From assembly GCA_964188305.1 (NCBI GenBank), contig OZ076893.1: a stretch of 64,000 nt of DNA. The stretch is one strand, 5' to 3'. The translations under genes were made by a program, and so were the position numbers. This DNA is from Podarcis bocagei (Eukaryota). The notes beneath the pieces are model-generated. The model ran no database searches. It worked only from the letters and a program-made list of their open reading frames with translations, and was not told where the DNA came from. This document shows, piece by piece, positions 28,303 through 37,302 of this stretch (positions are counted from its first letter, which is position 1; each line of letters starts with the position of its first letter).

Positions 28303-30278
28303 CAGTGGTGCCTCGCAAGACGAAATTAATTCGTTCCGCAATTCTCTTCGTCTTGCGGGTTTTTCGTCTTGCGATGCACGGTTTCCCATAGGAATGCATT
28401 GAAAATCAATTAATGCGTTCCTAGGGAAACCGCCTTCAGACCAGGTCCGGGGACAGTCTGTCCCCGGACCTCTTCTGAAGGCTGGGGGGGGGGGCAAGGG
28501 CTTTTCTTCCCACCCCCAGCATTTTAAAAAACCCTGGGACAGCGGAGGACTTCTCCGCTGTCCGGGGCGATCTTAAAATGCTGGCGGGCGGCATTTTAAA
28601 ATCGACAGCGGAGGACTTCTCCGCTGTCCGGGGCGATTTAAAAGCCCCTGGGAAGGCAGACAGGGGGGAGCAAAGACTTTCGCCCCCTGCCCGCCTTCAG
28701 AAGGTGTTCCCACCCCCCCCCGCCCGGCTTCGCAGCAGCGCTACGAAGCCCGACAGCTGGGGCAGCTGTTCCCGCCCCCTCCCCCCTTCGGAACAGCGTT
28801 CCGAAGTGGGGCGGATGGGGCAGCTGTTCCCGCCCCACCTCCCCCCTTCGGAACATCGTTCCGAAGTGGGGCGGATGGGGCAGCTGTTCCCGCCCCACCT
28901 CCCCCCTTCGGAACATCGTTCCGAAGTGGGGCGGCTGGGGCAGCTGTTCCCGCCCCACCTCCCCCCTTCGGAACATCGTTCCGAAGTGGGGCGGATGGGG
29001 CAGCTGTTCCCGCCCACCTTCGGAACATCGTTCCGAAGTGGGGCGGCTGGGGCGGCTGTTCCCGCCCCCCCTCCCCCCTTCGGAACATCGTTCCGAAGTG
29101 GGGCGGCTGGGGCGGCTGTTCCCGCCCCCCCTCCCCCCTTCGGAACATCGTTCCGAAGTGGGGCGGCTGGGGCGGCTGTTCCCGCCCCCCCTCCCCCCTT
29201 CGGAACATCGTTCCGAAGAGGGGCGGCTGGGGCGGCTGTTCCCGCCCCACCTCCCCCCTTCGGAACATCGTTCCGAAGTGGGGCGGCTGGGGCAGGTGTT
29301 CCCGCCCCACCTCCCCCCTTCGGAACATCGTTCCGAAGTGGGGCGGCTGGGGCAGCTGTTCCCGCCCCCCCGCCCCCCTTCGGAACATCGTTCCGAAGTG
29401 GGGCGGCTGGGGCAGCTGTTCCCGCCCCACCTCCCCCCTTCGGAACATCGTTCCGAAGTGGGGCGGATGGGGCAGCTGTTCCCGCCCCACCTCCCCCCTT
29501 CGGAACATCGTTCCGAAGTGGGGCGGCTGGGGCAGCTGTTCCCGCCCCACCTCCCCCCTTCGGAACATCGTTCGGAAGTGGGGCGGATGGGGCAGCTGTT
29601 CCCGCCCCACCTCCCCCCTTCGGAACATCGTTCCGAAGGGGGGCGGCTGGGGCAGCTGTTCCCGCCCCACCTCCTCACTTCGGAACATCGTTCCGAAGGG
29701 GGGCGGCTGGGGCAGCTGTTCCCGCCCCACCTCCTCACTTCGGAACATCGTTCCGAAGTGGGGCGGCTGGGGCGGCTGTTCCCGCCCCACCTCCCCACTT
29801 CGGAACATCGTTCCGAAGTGGGGCGGCTGGGGCAGATGTTCCCGCCCCCCGCTTCGGAACAGCGTTTTAAAATGCTGGGGGTCGGCAGCGAACGCTCCCG
29901 ACCCCCAGCATTTTAAAATCTCCCCGGGACAGAGACTTCTCTGCTGTCCCTTGGAGATTTTAAAATGCTGGGGGTCGGCAGCGAACGCTTCGCTCCCGCC
30001 CGCCAGCATTTTAAGATCGCCCGGGGCAGGCGGGGGGGAGGCAGGCGGGGGGGAGCAAAGACTTTTGCCCCCCGCCGGCCTTCAGAAGAGGTCCTCTTCT
30101 GAAGGCCGGCTGTGGGCGAAAGTCTTTGCTCCCGACCGCCAGCATTTCCCTATGGGCTTTCGTCTTGCGATGCAAGCCCATAGGGAAATTCGTCTTGCGA
30201 AGCGCCTCCAAAACAGAAAACCCTTTCGTCTTGCGGGTTTTCCGTCTTGCGAGGCATTCGTCTTGCGGGGTACCACTG
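28303..30278. mobile_element. Large foldback Tc1/mariner-type non-autonomous element (~1.98 kb)
   Basis: TA TSD (28301-02, 30279-80); TIRs cagtggtgcctcgcaagacg / cgtcttgcggggtaccactg; many subterminal CGTCTTGCG motifs; no transposase. Confidence 0.93.
28756..29866. repeat. GC-rich 60-bp minisatellite (~18.5 units), each unit with a perfect hairpin
   Basis: Unit cgccccacctccccccttcggaacatcgttccgaagtggggcggctggggcagctgttcc; one unit is 52 bp (8-bp deletion near 29015). Confidence 0.97.
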
Positions 30279-30665
30279 TATATAAAAGGATGTCACATAG
30301 AGGAGGGAGAAAGGTTGTTTTCTGCTGCTCCAGAGAAGCGGACACGGAGCAATGGATCCAAACTACAAGAAAGAAGATTCCACCTAAACATTAGGAAGAA
30401 CTTCCTGACAGTAAGAGCTGTTCGACAGTGGAATTTGCTGCCAAGGAGTGTGGTGGAGTCTCCTTCTTTGGAGGTCTTTAAGCAGAGGCCTGACAACCAT
30501 ATGTCAGGAGTGCTCTGATGGTGTTTCCTGCTTGGCAGGGGGTTGGACTCGATGGCCCTTGTGGTCTCTTCCAACTCTATGATTCTATGATTCTAAATTC
30601 ATAAGTTATGTAAATAATTACATAAATGATGTTAAACAGCAGACAGTGTGATGAATAATGTATTA

Positions 30666-31174
30666 CAGTGGTACCTCAGGTTACATACGCTTCAGGTTAC
30701 ATACACTTCAGGTTACATACGCTTCAGGTTACAGACTCCTCTAACCCAGAAATAGTGCCTCAAGTTAAGAACTTTGCTTCAGGATGAGAACAGAAATTGT
30801 GCTCTGGTGGCGCAGCAGCAGCAGGAGACCCCATTAGGTAAAGTGGTGCTTCAGGTTAAGAACAGTTTCAGGTTAAGAATGGACCTCTGGAATGAATTAA
30901 GTACTTAACCCGAGAGCCAGTGTGGTGTGGTGGTTAAGAGCGGTAGTCACGTAATCTGGGAAACTGGGTTCGTGTCTCCGCTCCTCCACATGCAGCTGCT
31001 GGGTGACCTTGGGCCAGTCACACTTCCTTGAAGTCTCTCAGCCCCACTCACCTCACAGAGTGTTTGTTGTGGGGGAGGAAGGGAAAGGAGAATGTTAGCC
31101 GCTTTGAGACTCCTGAAGGGGAGTGAAAGGCGGGATATCAAATCCAAACTCTTCTTCTTCTTCTTCTACCACTG
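30666..31174. mobile_element. Tc1/mariner MITE (CAGTGGTACC family), copy 3, right TIR split by a SINE
   Basis: TA TSDs (30664-65, 31175-76); right TIR aacccgag|...|taccactg. Confidence 0.9.
30912..31167 (+). mobile_element. tRNA-derived SINE, Squam3-type with (CTT)n tail
   Basis: A-box-like gtggtgtggtggtt, B-box-like ggttcgtgtc, CORE-like gctgggtgaccttgggccagtc, L2-like 3' end, CTT tail; near-identical to the copy at 31450. Confidence 0.88.
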
Positions 31175-31449
31175 TATTTGGAGGAAGCAGAACTGTAGCA
31201 GAACAGAAACAACACTGACCGTGACAAAGGTTGGAATGAAAATTGCTGCCTTTTTATATCCCTATTGGTGGTGGAGAACTCAATGCATTACATAGTAGGG
31301 TCACAGGCTTTCTGGGTCTCCCCTGCTCCCCTAAGCGTGTATCCCCAGTGCATGCTCGTGTAAATGTAAATTAAGTAAGTAAGTAAATACATTATAAACC
31401 AACAGAAAACACTATTTTCCTTCCCTTGCCCAGCAATGAGAAGAGGGCA

Positions 31450-31695
31450 GACTGTGTGGTGTAGTGGTTAAGAGCGGTAGTCACGTAATCTGGGTAACCG
31501 GGTTCGCGTCTCCACTCCTCCACATGCAGCTGCTGGGTGACCTTGGGCCAGTCACACTTCTTTGAAGTCTCTCAGCCCCACTCACCTCACAGAGTGTTTG
31601 TTGTGGGGGAGGAAGGGAAAGGAGATTGTTAGCCGCTTTGAGACTCCTGAAGGGGAGTGAAAGGCGGGATATCAAATCCAAACTCTTCTTCTTCT
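31450..31695 (+). mobile_element. tRNA-derived SINE, Squam3-type, second copy
   Basis: Near-identical to 30912-31167; CTT tail. Confidence 0.88.
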
Positions 31696-31933
31696 AAAAC
31701 CACCCAAGGCAATAGTTGGCCAACCAATTCACAGGCTAAATCTGACCTTGTCAAGCTTTACCTTGTGCCATGTAATAGTATTAGAGGAAGGGGCTGTAAT
31801 TCAGCATTTGAACACATACTTTGTATGCCAAAGTTGCCAAGCTCAATCCCTTGGGGGAGTTATTGGTTCGTTTGTTTTGTTCTTGTTTTCATCATGCATT
31901 TTGTGCTTTTATATTGTATTTTTATGTTGTAAA

Positions 31934-32243
31934 TGTTGGTTTCTGCTTTCCTTCAACACGTGCAGCGAAAGGGCTTGTCACGAGACAGGTGTTTACATTC
32001 CACAGTCTGTACTGTTGGAGTTTCTCACGGGAAAGGGAAGCTGGATGTGACGTACACTGGTTTCCTGTTTTTCACTGTGTGATTCTCTCCAAGCTGTCGA
32101 GGAGAGAGGATGCATTTTCTGCTCCGGCAGAGGCAAGATGTCTTTCTGTAATATACCAGCTTTGAACTGTAAATAAAGCAATATAGAGTATGCAGCACGT
32201 ACTCCTCATCCTTCCGCTGGGCACGGGACTCTGCTTTAAATCA
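31934..32243 (+). repeat. 5' LTR
   Basis: Starts TGTTGG; AATAAA at 32172-32177; matches the 3' LTR over 31934-32240; exact 3' end uncertain (CA at 32242-43 or up to 32249). Confidence 0.95.
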
Positions 32244-32249
32244 AAACGT

Positions 32250-32263
32250 GGTTATGGGCCCAG
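32250..32263 (+). promoter_or_regulatory. Primer binding site complementary to nt 26-39 of initiator tRNA-Met (half-tRNA primer)
   Basis: GGTTATGGGCCCAG is the reverse complement of CTGGGCCCATAACC in the tRNA(iMet) anticodon arm; same PBS type as Drosophila copia. Confidence 0.93.
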
Positions 32264-32558
32264 AAGTCGAATCGGAGTGCCGGCAAAGGATCGGAATGCA
32301 GAGGGGCAGATCGGAACGGAATCTTCTCTGCGCGTAAAAGTGATTGATGAGGTATGTGCTACTGCTCCGGGCAGCCTGCCAGCTTCTAGTTAATGGCTTT
32401 ATGGCTGGACTTTGAACTTCAAAAGCCGTTTTGCCGGGAATAGGCAAGAGGCTCCCAGGCACAAGTTACTATGCTGGGGAAATCGAAAGTAACTTTTAAG
32501 TGCGCTTTTGGAATAAAGCAGCTGCAGCAGTGACGCAGCAAGATTTAAAGCAGCATAT

Positions 32559-35414
32559 ATGACGCTGAAGGCTAATGCCAGAGTCATGATGGCCCTTCAG
32601 GATGCTTGTGGGATTCCTAAGCTCAACAAGAAAAATTATGCCGACTGGGTTCTGTATGCAGAGGCAATTCTGCGGAAAGAGGGTTTGTTTAAGGTGATTA
32701 CAGAAACCCCCCCAGTTCCAGTTACAGATGCATGGGAAGCTAAGGATTCCAAAGCAAGGGGAACTCTTACAATGATAGTATCCCCAGAAGAGCTCTGTCT
32801 ATTGCGTGATAAGACCTCAGCCAGAGAAATTTGGGACGCTTTGAGAGAGGCTCACTTAAGGACAGAAGCTGGATCCACTATGTTTTACTTTAACAAGCTG
32901 CATAATATGGCTCTTGCTGAAGGTGGAGATGTGCGTTTACATCTGATGGAGATGCAAAATCTGATACATGAGCTGCAACAGAGAGGACTCAACTTTCCAG
33001 AGGCTGTGTATTCTTTCATGATACTACAATCTTTGGGTTCAGGTTGGGAGTCTGTTGCAACCCAGATTGCTGTGCAGCCAACCGCTCAGCTGACAGTGGA
33101 CTATGTAACTGCCGTGATATTGAATGAAGCAGATCGCCGGGGTGCTAGCTGCATGGGCAAGGGGGAGTCTTCACAGACGTCATCCCATAGTGCAGTGGAA
33201 CCACCAGATGGCGCCAAAGCTTTGAAGGCAGTGAAATGCTACTCATGTGGACGTCTAGGCCATATGAAGAGGGAATGCAAATATCCCAGGGCCAAGACAG
33301 AGCAGCGCAGCGAAAGCTCATCGCGTGGAAAAGGCCGAGGCAAAGGCAAAGGTCCGGTGTCTAGGACAACGCAGCACAAGGCTATGGTTTCACGCTTCAC
33401 TCCAAAGGTTGCAGAGGTCCAGAAAACGTCTAGATCTTTCTTCGTTGTTGATTCAGCGGCAACCCACCACATGTGCAACGATAAGAGACTGTTTGTGTCT
33501 TTTACACCGCAGGAAGGTGCGATTCACCAGGCGGATGACCACACTATTCCCAGTAAAGGTTACGGAACTGTTGTTCTTCACAGTTTGGACTTATCGATAC
33601 AGAATGTGCTTTACGTGCCAGACACCAAACATAATCTGCTCAGCGTTGGACAGTTGAATGAGCGGAACATTGACGTGTCCTTCAAGAACAAGAAGTGCAT
33701 CATCACAAAGAAAAATGATTATGTATTGCATGCTGAATATGTTGATCGTTTGTTTGTTTTGTATTATGATGATGTTGAAAAGGATGACACTTGTTGCATT
33801 GCAGGTTCTAACAAAAGTTTGCATGCAGAATGTATTCATGATTTTCATAGAAAATTTGGTCATTTGCATTTTGAGGCAGTATCTAAAATGCCTGCCTTGG
33901 TTGAAGGTATGACTATTAAACCCTGCAAGTACCACATGAAGTGCAAAGCATGCGCAGCAAACAAGGTGAAAATGGCTGCGAAAGGTAAGGTGTCTAGTAG
34001 GCAAGCTACGGAACCATACCAGGTTGTTCATGCTGATTTGGTTGGACCACTAGCGCCCTCTTTGGGTGGAAATAGGTACTTCATGGTTCTCATTGATGCA
34101 TTTTCTAGATATATTTTTGTGTACAATCTCAAGCAGAAATCAGAGGCTTTTCCTAGGTTCAAGGAATTCTGTGCTTGGTTGGAAAATGTGCATGGTAAGA
34201 AGATAAAGACTCTTTTCAGTGATCGCGGGGGAGAGTTCACTTCTCAGCAGTTTGAAGCTTTTCTGACTGAGAAAGGAATTCAACACGATTTGTCTAGTCC
34301 TCGCTCGCCATGGCAGAATGGACTTGCGGAACGGGCAAATCAGACATTGCTTCAAGGGTTAAAAACCTTGCTGCATGATGCCAATCTTCCAGAGAGTTAT
34401 TGGGCTGAATCTCTCTCGTGTTTTGTTTACAGTTACAATCGCAGGTTATCTTCAGCGATTGGTTGTACCCCCTATGAGAAGATGTTTGGCAAGAAGCCAT
34501 ACATCAAACACATGAAAATTTTTGGTTCTGACATGTGGGTTCATTCACCACAAAGCTCCAAGTTAGGCAAGCGTGGATTGCATGGTATCTTTCTAGGTTA
34601 TCAGAAAGGGTCTTACAGAATAATGATGACTGACTCTAAGACAATTAAGCTCACGAGAAGTGTTGAGTACAATGCAAAGTGGGGGGAGAATGTGGGAATT
34701 TTCCAATGTTATCCTGATGACAGTGATGAGACTGAGGATAAGAAACAACAGCAACCCACACCCACTGATGAAGGTTCTGATTCTGAGTCTGAATCTGAAT
34801 CAGATACTTCAGAGGATTTCAAGAGTGCGAAAGCCTCTATGCGACCCTCTGAAAGCTCTGATCAAGAATTGGAGGAACCATTGTTCAGAATAGGTCGTTT
34901 TTCTCCCAAGAAGGAAGAGGAGAGTGTTGAAGACTTAAGGCTAATTCGTAGGTCACAGAGAGCCACAAAAGGCAAACCTCCAAAGAGATTTGCTGATGAG
35001 TTTGCTACGATAGCAGTAACAGCTGTTAAAAGCTCCAAGAAGGTATTTGAACCTTCAAGTTTCCAAGAAATCCAGGGTTTGGATTCAAAGGAAGCTGAGC
35101 CATGGTTAAATGCCATGAAGGCTGAGCTTGATTCCTTAGAAAGGAACAAAACATGGGAGCTAGTTCCAGTAGTTCCAGGAATGAAACTGCTTGGAAGCAA
35201 ATGGGTCTTCAAAGCGAAGACAGATCAAAATGGCAAGATAGTCAGACACAAAGCCAGATTGGTAGCCAGAGGTTTTGCGCAGGTACCAGGTGAAGACTAT
35301 CACGAGACCTACTCACCCACAGTGAGATATGAGAGCATTAGGCTTATGCTCAAGCTAGCTGCAGAGGAAAATCTACACATTAGTCACCATGATATTAATA
35401 CAGCTTTTCTGTAA
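32559..35414 (+). CDS. gag-pol: Copia Gag-Pol polyprotein, N-terminal part (Gag, zinc knuckle, protease, integrase, start of RT), ending at a premature TAA
   Basis: IPKLNKKNYADW (Gag start); CYSCGRLGHMKREC (CCHC); VVDSAATHHM (protease); HRKFGH...CKAC (HHCC); VHADLVGP, SDRGGEF, QNGLAER (DDE); KARLVARGF (RT). True start may be ATG 32586 or 32589. Confidence 0.95.
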   Translation: MTLKANARVMMALQDACGIPKLNKKNYADWVLYAEAILRKEGLFKVITETPPVPVTDAWEAKDSKARGTLTMIVSPEELCLLRDKTSAREIWDALREAHLRTEAGSTMFYFNKLHNMALAEGGDVRLHLMEMQNLIHELQQRGLNFPEAVYSFMILQSLGSGWESVATQIAVQPTAQLTVDYVTAVILNEADRRGASCMGKGESSQTSSHSAVEPPDGAKALKAVKCYSCGRLGHMKRECKYPRAKTEQRSESSSRGKGRGKGKGPVSRTTQHKAMVSRFTPKVAEVQKTSRSFFVVDSAATHHMCNDKRLFVSFTPQEGAIHQADDHTIPSKGYGTVVLHSLDLSIQNVLYVPDTKHNLLSVGQLNERNIDVSFKNKKCIITKKNDYVLHAEYVDRLFVLYYDDVEKDDTCCIAGSNKSLHAECIHDFHRKFGHLHFEAVSKMPALVEGMTIKPCKYHMKCKACAANKVKMAAKGKVSSRQATEPYQVVHADLVGPLAPSLGGNRYFMVLIDAFSRYIFVYNLKQKSEAFPRFKEFCAWLENVHGKKIKTLFSDRGGEFTSQQFEAFLTEKGIQHDLSSPRSPWQNGLAERANQTLLQGLKTLLHDANLPESYWAESLSCFVYSYNRRLSSAIGCTPYEKMFGKKPYIKHMKIFGSDMWVHSPQSSKLGKRGLHGIFLGYQKGSYRIMMTDSKTIKLTRSVEYNAKWGENVGIFQCYPDDSDETEDKKQQQPTPTDEGSDSESESESDTSEDFKSAKASMRPSESSDQELEEPLFRIGRFSPKKEEESVEDLRLIRRSQRATKGKPPKRFADEFATIAVTAVKSSKKVFEPSSFQEIQGLDSKEAEPWLNAMKAELDSLERNKTWELVPVVPGMKLLGSKWVFKAKTDQNGKIVRHKARLVARGFAQVPGEDYHETYSPTVRYESIRLMLKLAAEENLHISHHDINTAFL

Positions 35415-36581
35415 GGATCTCTGGATGAATCACTTTATATGCTTCCACCTGATGGCGTACAGGTAAAACAGGGATTTGTTTGTGCTCTGAAGAAATCCCT
35501 TTATGGTCTCAAACAAAGTGCACGGTGTTGGCACACAAAACTCACTGAAGTATTGTTTTCTCTAGGTTTTCAGCAAGGGAAAGCTGATCCATGTGTATTT
35601 GTCAAAGAGGAGGGGCAAAAGAAACTGCATTGTTTGTTTTATGTTGATGATTTATTATTCTTTTGGAAAGATGTCACAATGTACAATAACGCCCTAGCTC
35701 AACTGAAAGAGCATTTTGACATAAAAGATCTTGGTGAGGTAAACAACTACCTATCTCTGGAAATAGAGAAAGATCAAGATGGTAACATTCTAGTACACCA
35801 GTCACGGAAAATTGCTGATGTGTTAAGCAAACTAAACCTGATGGATGCTAACCCTGTAGACACACCGATGACAACAGGTTATCAGGTAGATGACACTGAA
35901 GAAGCATTTTCTGACACTACACTGTACAGAAGTGTGCTAGGCAAGCTAAACTTCATTGCCAGATGTTCAAGACCAGACATTGCTATTAGCTGTAATTTGC
36001 TAAGCAGACAAGTCAACAATCCTACTGTCAAGGATTGGAAAGCTCTGAAACGCATAGCGCGGTATTTGAAAGGCACTATGCATTACAGACTGAGACTTAA
36101 CAATCAGAAGTCTGGTGGTCTTGAGATTTTTGCAGATGCAAGTTTTGGAAGTGACACTACAGACAGGAAAAGTACGTCTGGAGTTTGCTACATGTACAAT
36201 CAGGGACTGTTTGATTGGTCATGCAAGAAGCAAACAACAGTTAGCTTAAGTACTTGTGAAGCTGAACTGAATGCACTGTCTTATTCACTTAAGGATTGTG
36301 AATGGTTAGTACAATTGTGCAAAGATATGAAAATTCCTGTCAAATGTCCAATCCAGGTTTACCAGGACAACAAAGCATGTTTGGCTTTGCTGAAGTCTGA
36401 AGGTTGTAAGCAAAGCACGAAGCACTTGCAATTAAAGTTGCAGCATGCTAGGGAATGTATTCAGAAGGGACTCGTAACGGTGTCCTATATGCCAGGTAAT
36501 GAAATTCCTGCTGATGTATTGTCCAAGATTGTATCAAGGGATCAACACTGTACCTATGTGCAGAAGTTGGGTTTGTACTGA
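35415..36581 (+). pseudogene. pol: In-frame continuation of copia Pol (RT core and RNase H) after the TAA at 35412-35414
   Basis: DINTAFL*GSLDESLYMLPPDG in the same frame; LKKSLYGLKQ, FYVDDLL; RNase H FADASF, TCEAE, YQDNKA, ADVLSK. Confidence 0.93.
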
Positions 36582-36614
36582 TATTGTACAAACACGCTGC
36601 CCAGTGATGTTCAC

Positions 36615-36628
36615 AGAAAGGGGGAGGA
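36615..36628 (+). promoter_or_regulatory. Polypurine tract
   Basis: AGAAAGGGGGAGGA directly before the TG of the 3' LTR. Confidence 0.92.
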
Positions 36629-36935
36629 TGTTGGTTTCTGCTTTCCTTCAACACGTGCAGCGAAAGGGCTTGTCACGAGACAGGTGTTTACATTCCACAG
36701 TCTGTACTGTTGGAGTTTCTCACGGGAAAGGGAAGCTGGATGTGACGTACACTGGTTTCCTGTTTTTCACTGTGTGATTCTCTCCAAGCTGTCGAGGAGA
36801 GAGGATGCATTTTCTGCTCCGGCAGAGGCAAGATGTCTTTCTGTAATATACCAGCTTTGAACTGTAAATAAAGCAATATAGAGTATGCAGCACGTACTCC
36901 TCATCCTTCCGCTGGGCACGGGACTCTGCTTTAAA
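36629..36935 (+). repeat. 3' LTR (lacks terminal CA)
   Basis: Identical by eye to 31934-32240; the same 62-aa spurious ORF appears in both LTRs. Confidence 0.95.
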
Positions 36936-37302
36936 AATCTGCCCTGAAATCTACAGATGAGAGGGAGGTTGAGGGGGTTGTCCAAAATAATAATAATAAA
37001 TAAATAAATCTGCAGTGTTTGGGCCAAACTAGACAAATAATCCAGAATGGGCCCCTGCACTTTTAGTTTACTTTTAAAGAGTCATTCATGGAATTTCTAA
37101 TTGCTTGAATGATGTCTCATCTTCTTTTGTGCTTTTTAAAGCACCAATCCAGCCTTCGGTGTCTGCTATTTCTGAGGGTCCCAATGTAAAGTCATACAGC
37201 ATGATGTTTTTCCCAGAAAGCTGTTATCAGTCTTGTTCCATTGTTTTGGTGCCAAGAACATGAAACACAAATTGCTCACACAGCATCATCACTATGAATT
37301 TC

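Larger units (their letters stand above)
28086..30595 (+). mobile_element. 5'-truncated CR1 LINE (ORF2 C-terminus plus tail), interrupted by a MITE at 28303-30278
   Basis: Removing the MITE and one TA restores ...[41 protein letters not shown]...FLTVRAVRQWNLLP...; (ATTCTATG)n tail at ~30575-30595. Confidence 0.93.
31934..36935 (+). mobile_element. Full-length Ty1/copia LTR retrotransposon (Hemivirus-like PBS)
   Basis: Two 307-bp direct repeats, PBS, PPT, and gag-PR-IN-RT-RH domain order diagnostic of Ty1/copia. Confidence 0.98.

Noticed and set aside
28756-29866. CRISPR-like array of palindromic repeats
   Set aside because: No unique spacers, no cas genes, vertebrate context; it is a tandem minisatellite.
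28578-30009. Long ORFs (430, 386, 422, 292 aa) on both strands
   Set aside because: Artefacts of a stop-free, GC-rich 60-bp repeat (20-aa period) inside a MITE; frames shift at the 52-bp unit.
30912-31695. tRNA genes
   Set aside because: A/B-box heads belong to SINEs; no complete cloverleaf.
33700-36615. Spliced subgenomic gag RNA as in Drosophila copia, or an env ORF
   Set aside because: No convincing donor/acceptor pair found, and only ~47 bp separate the pol stop from the 3' LTR, leaving no room for env.
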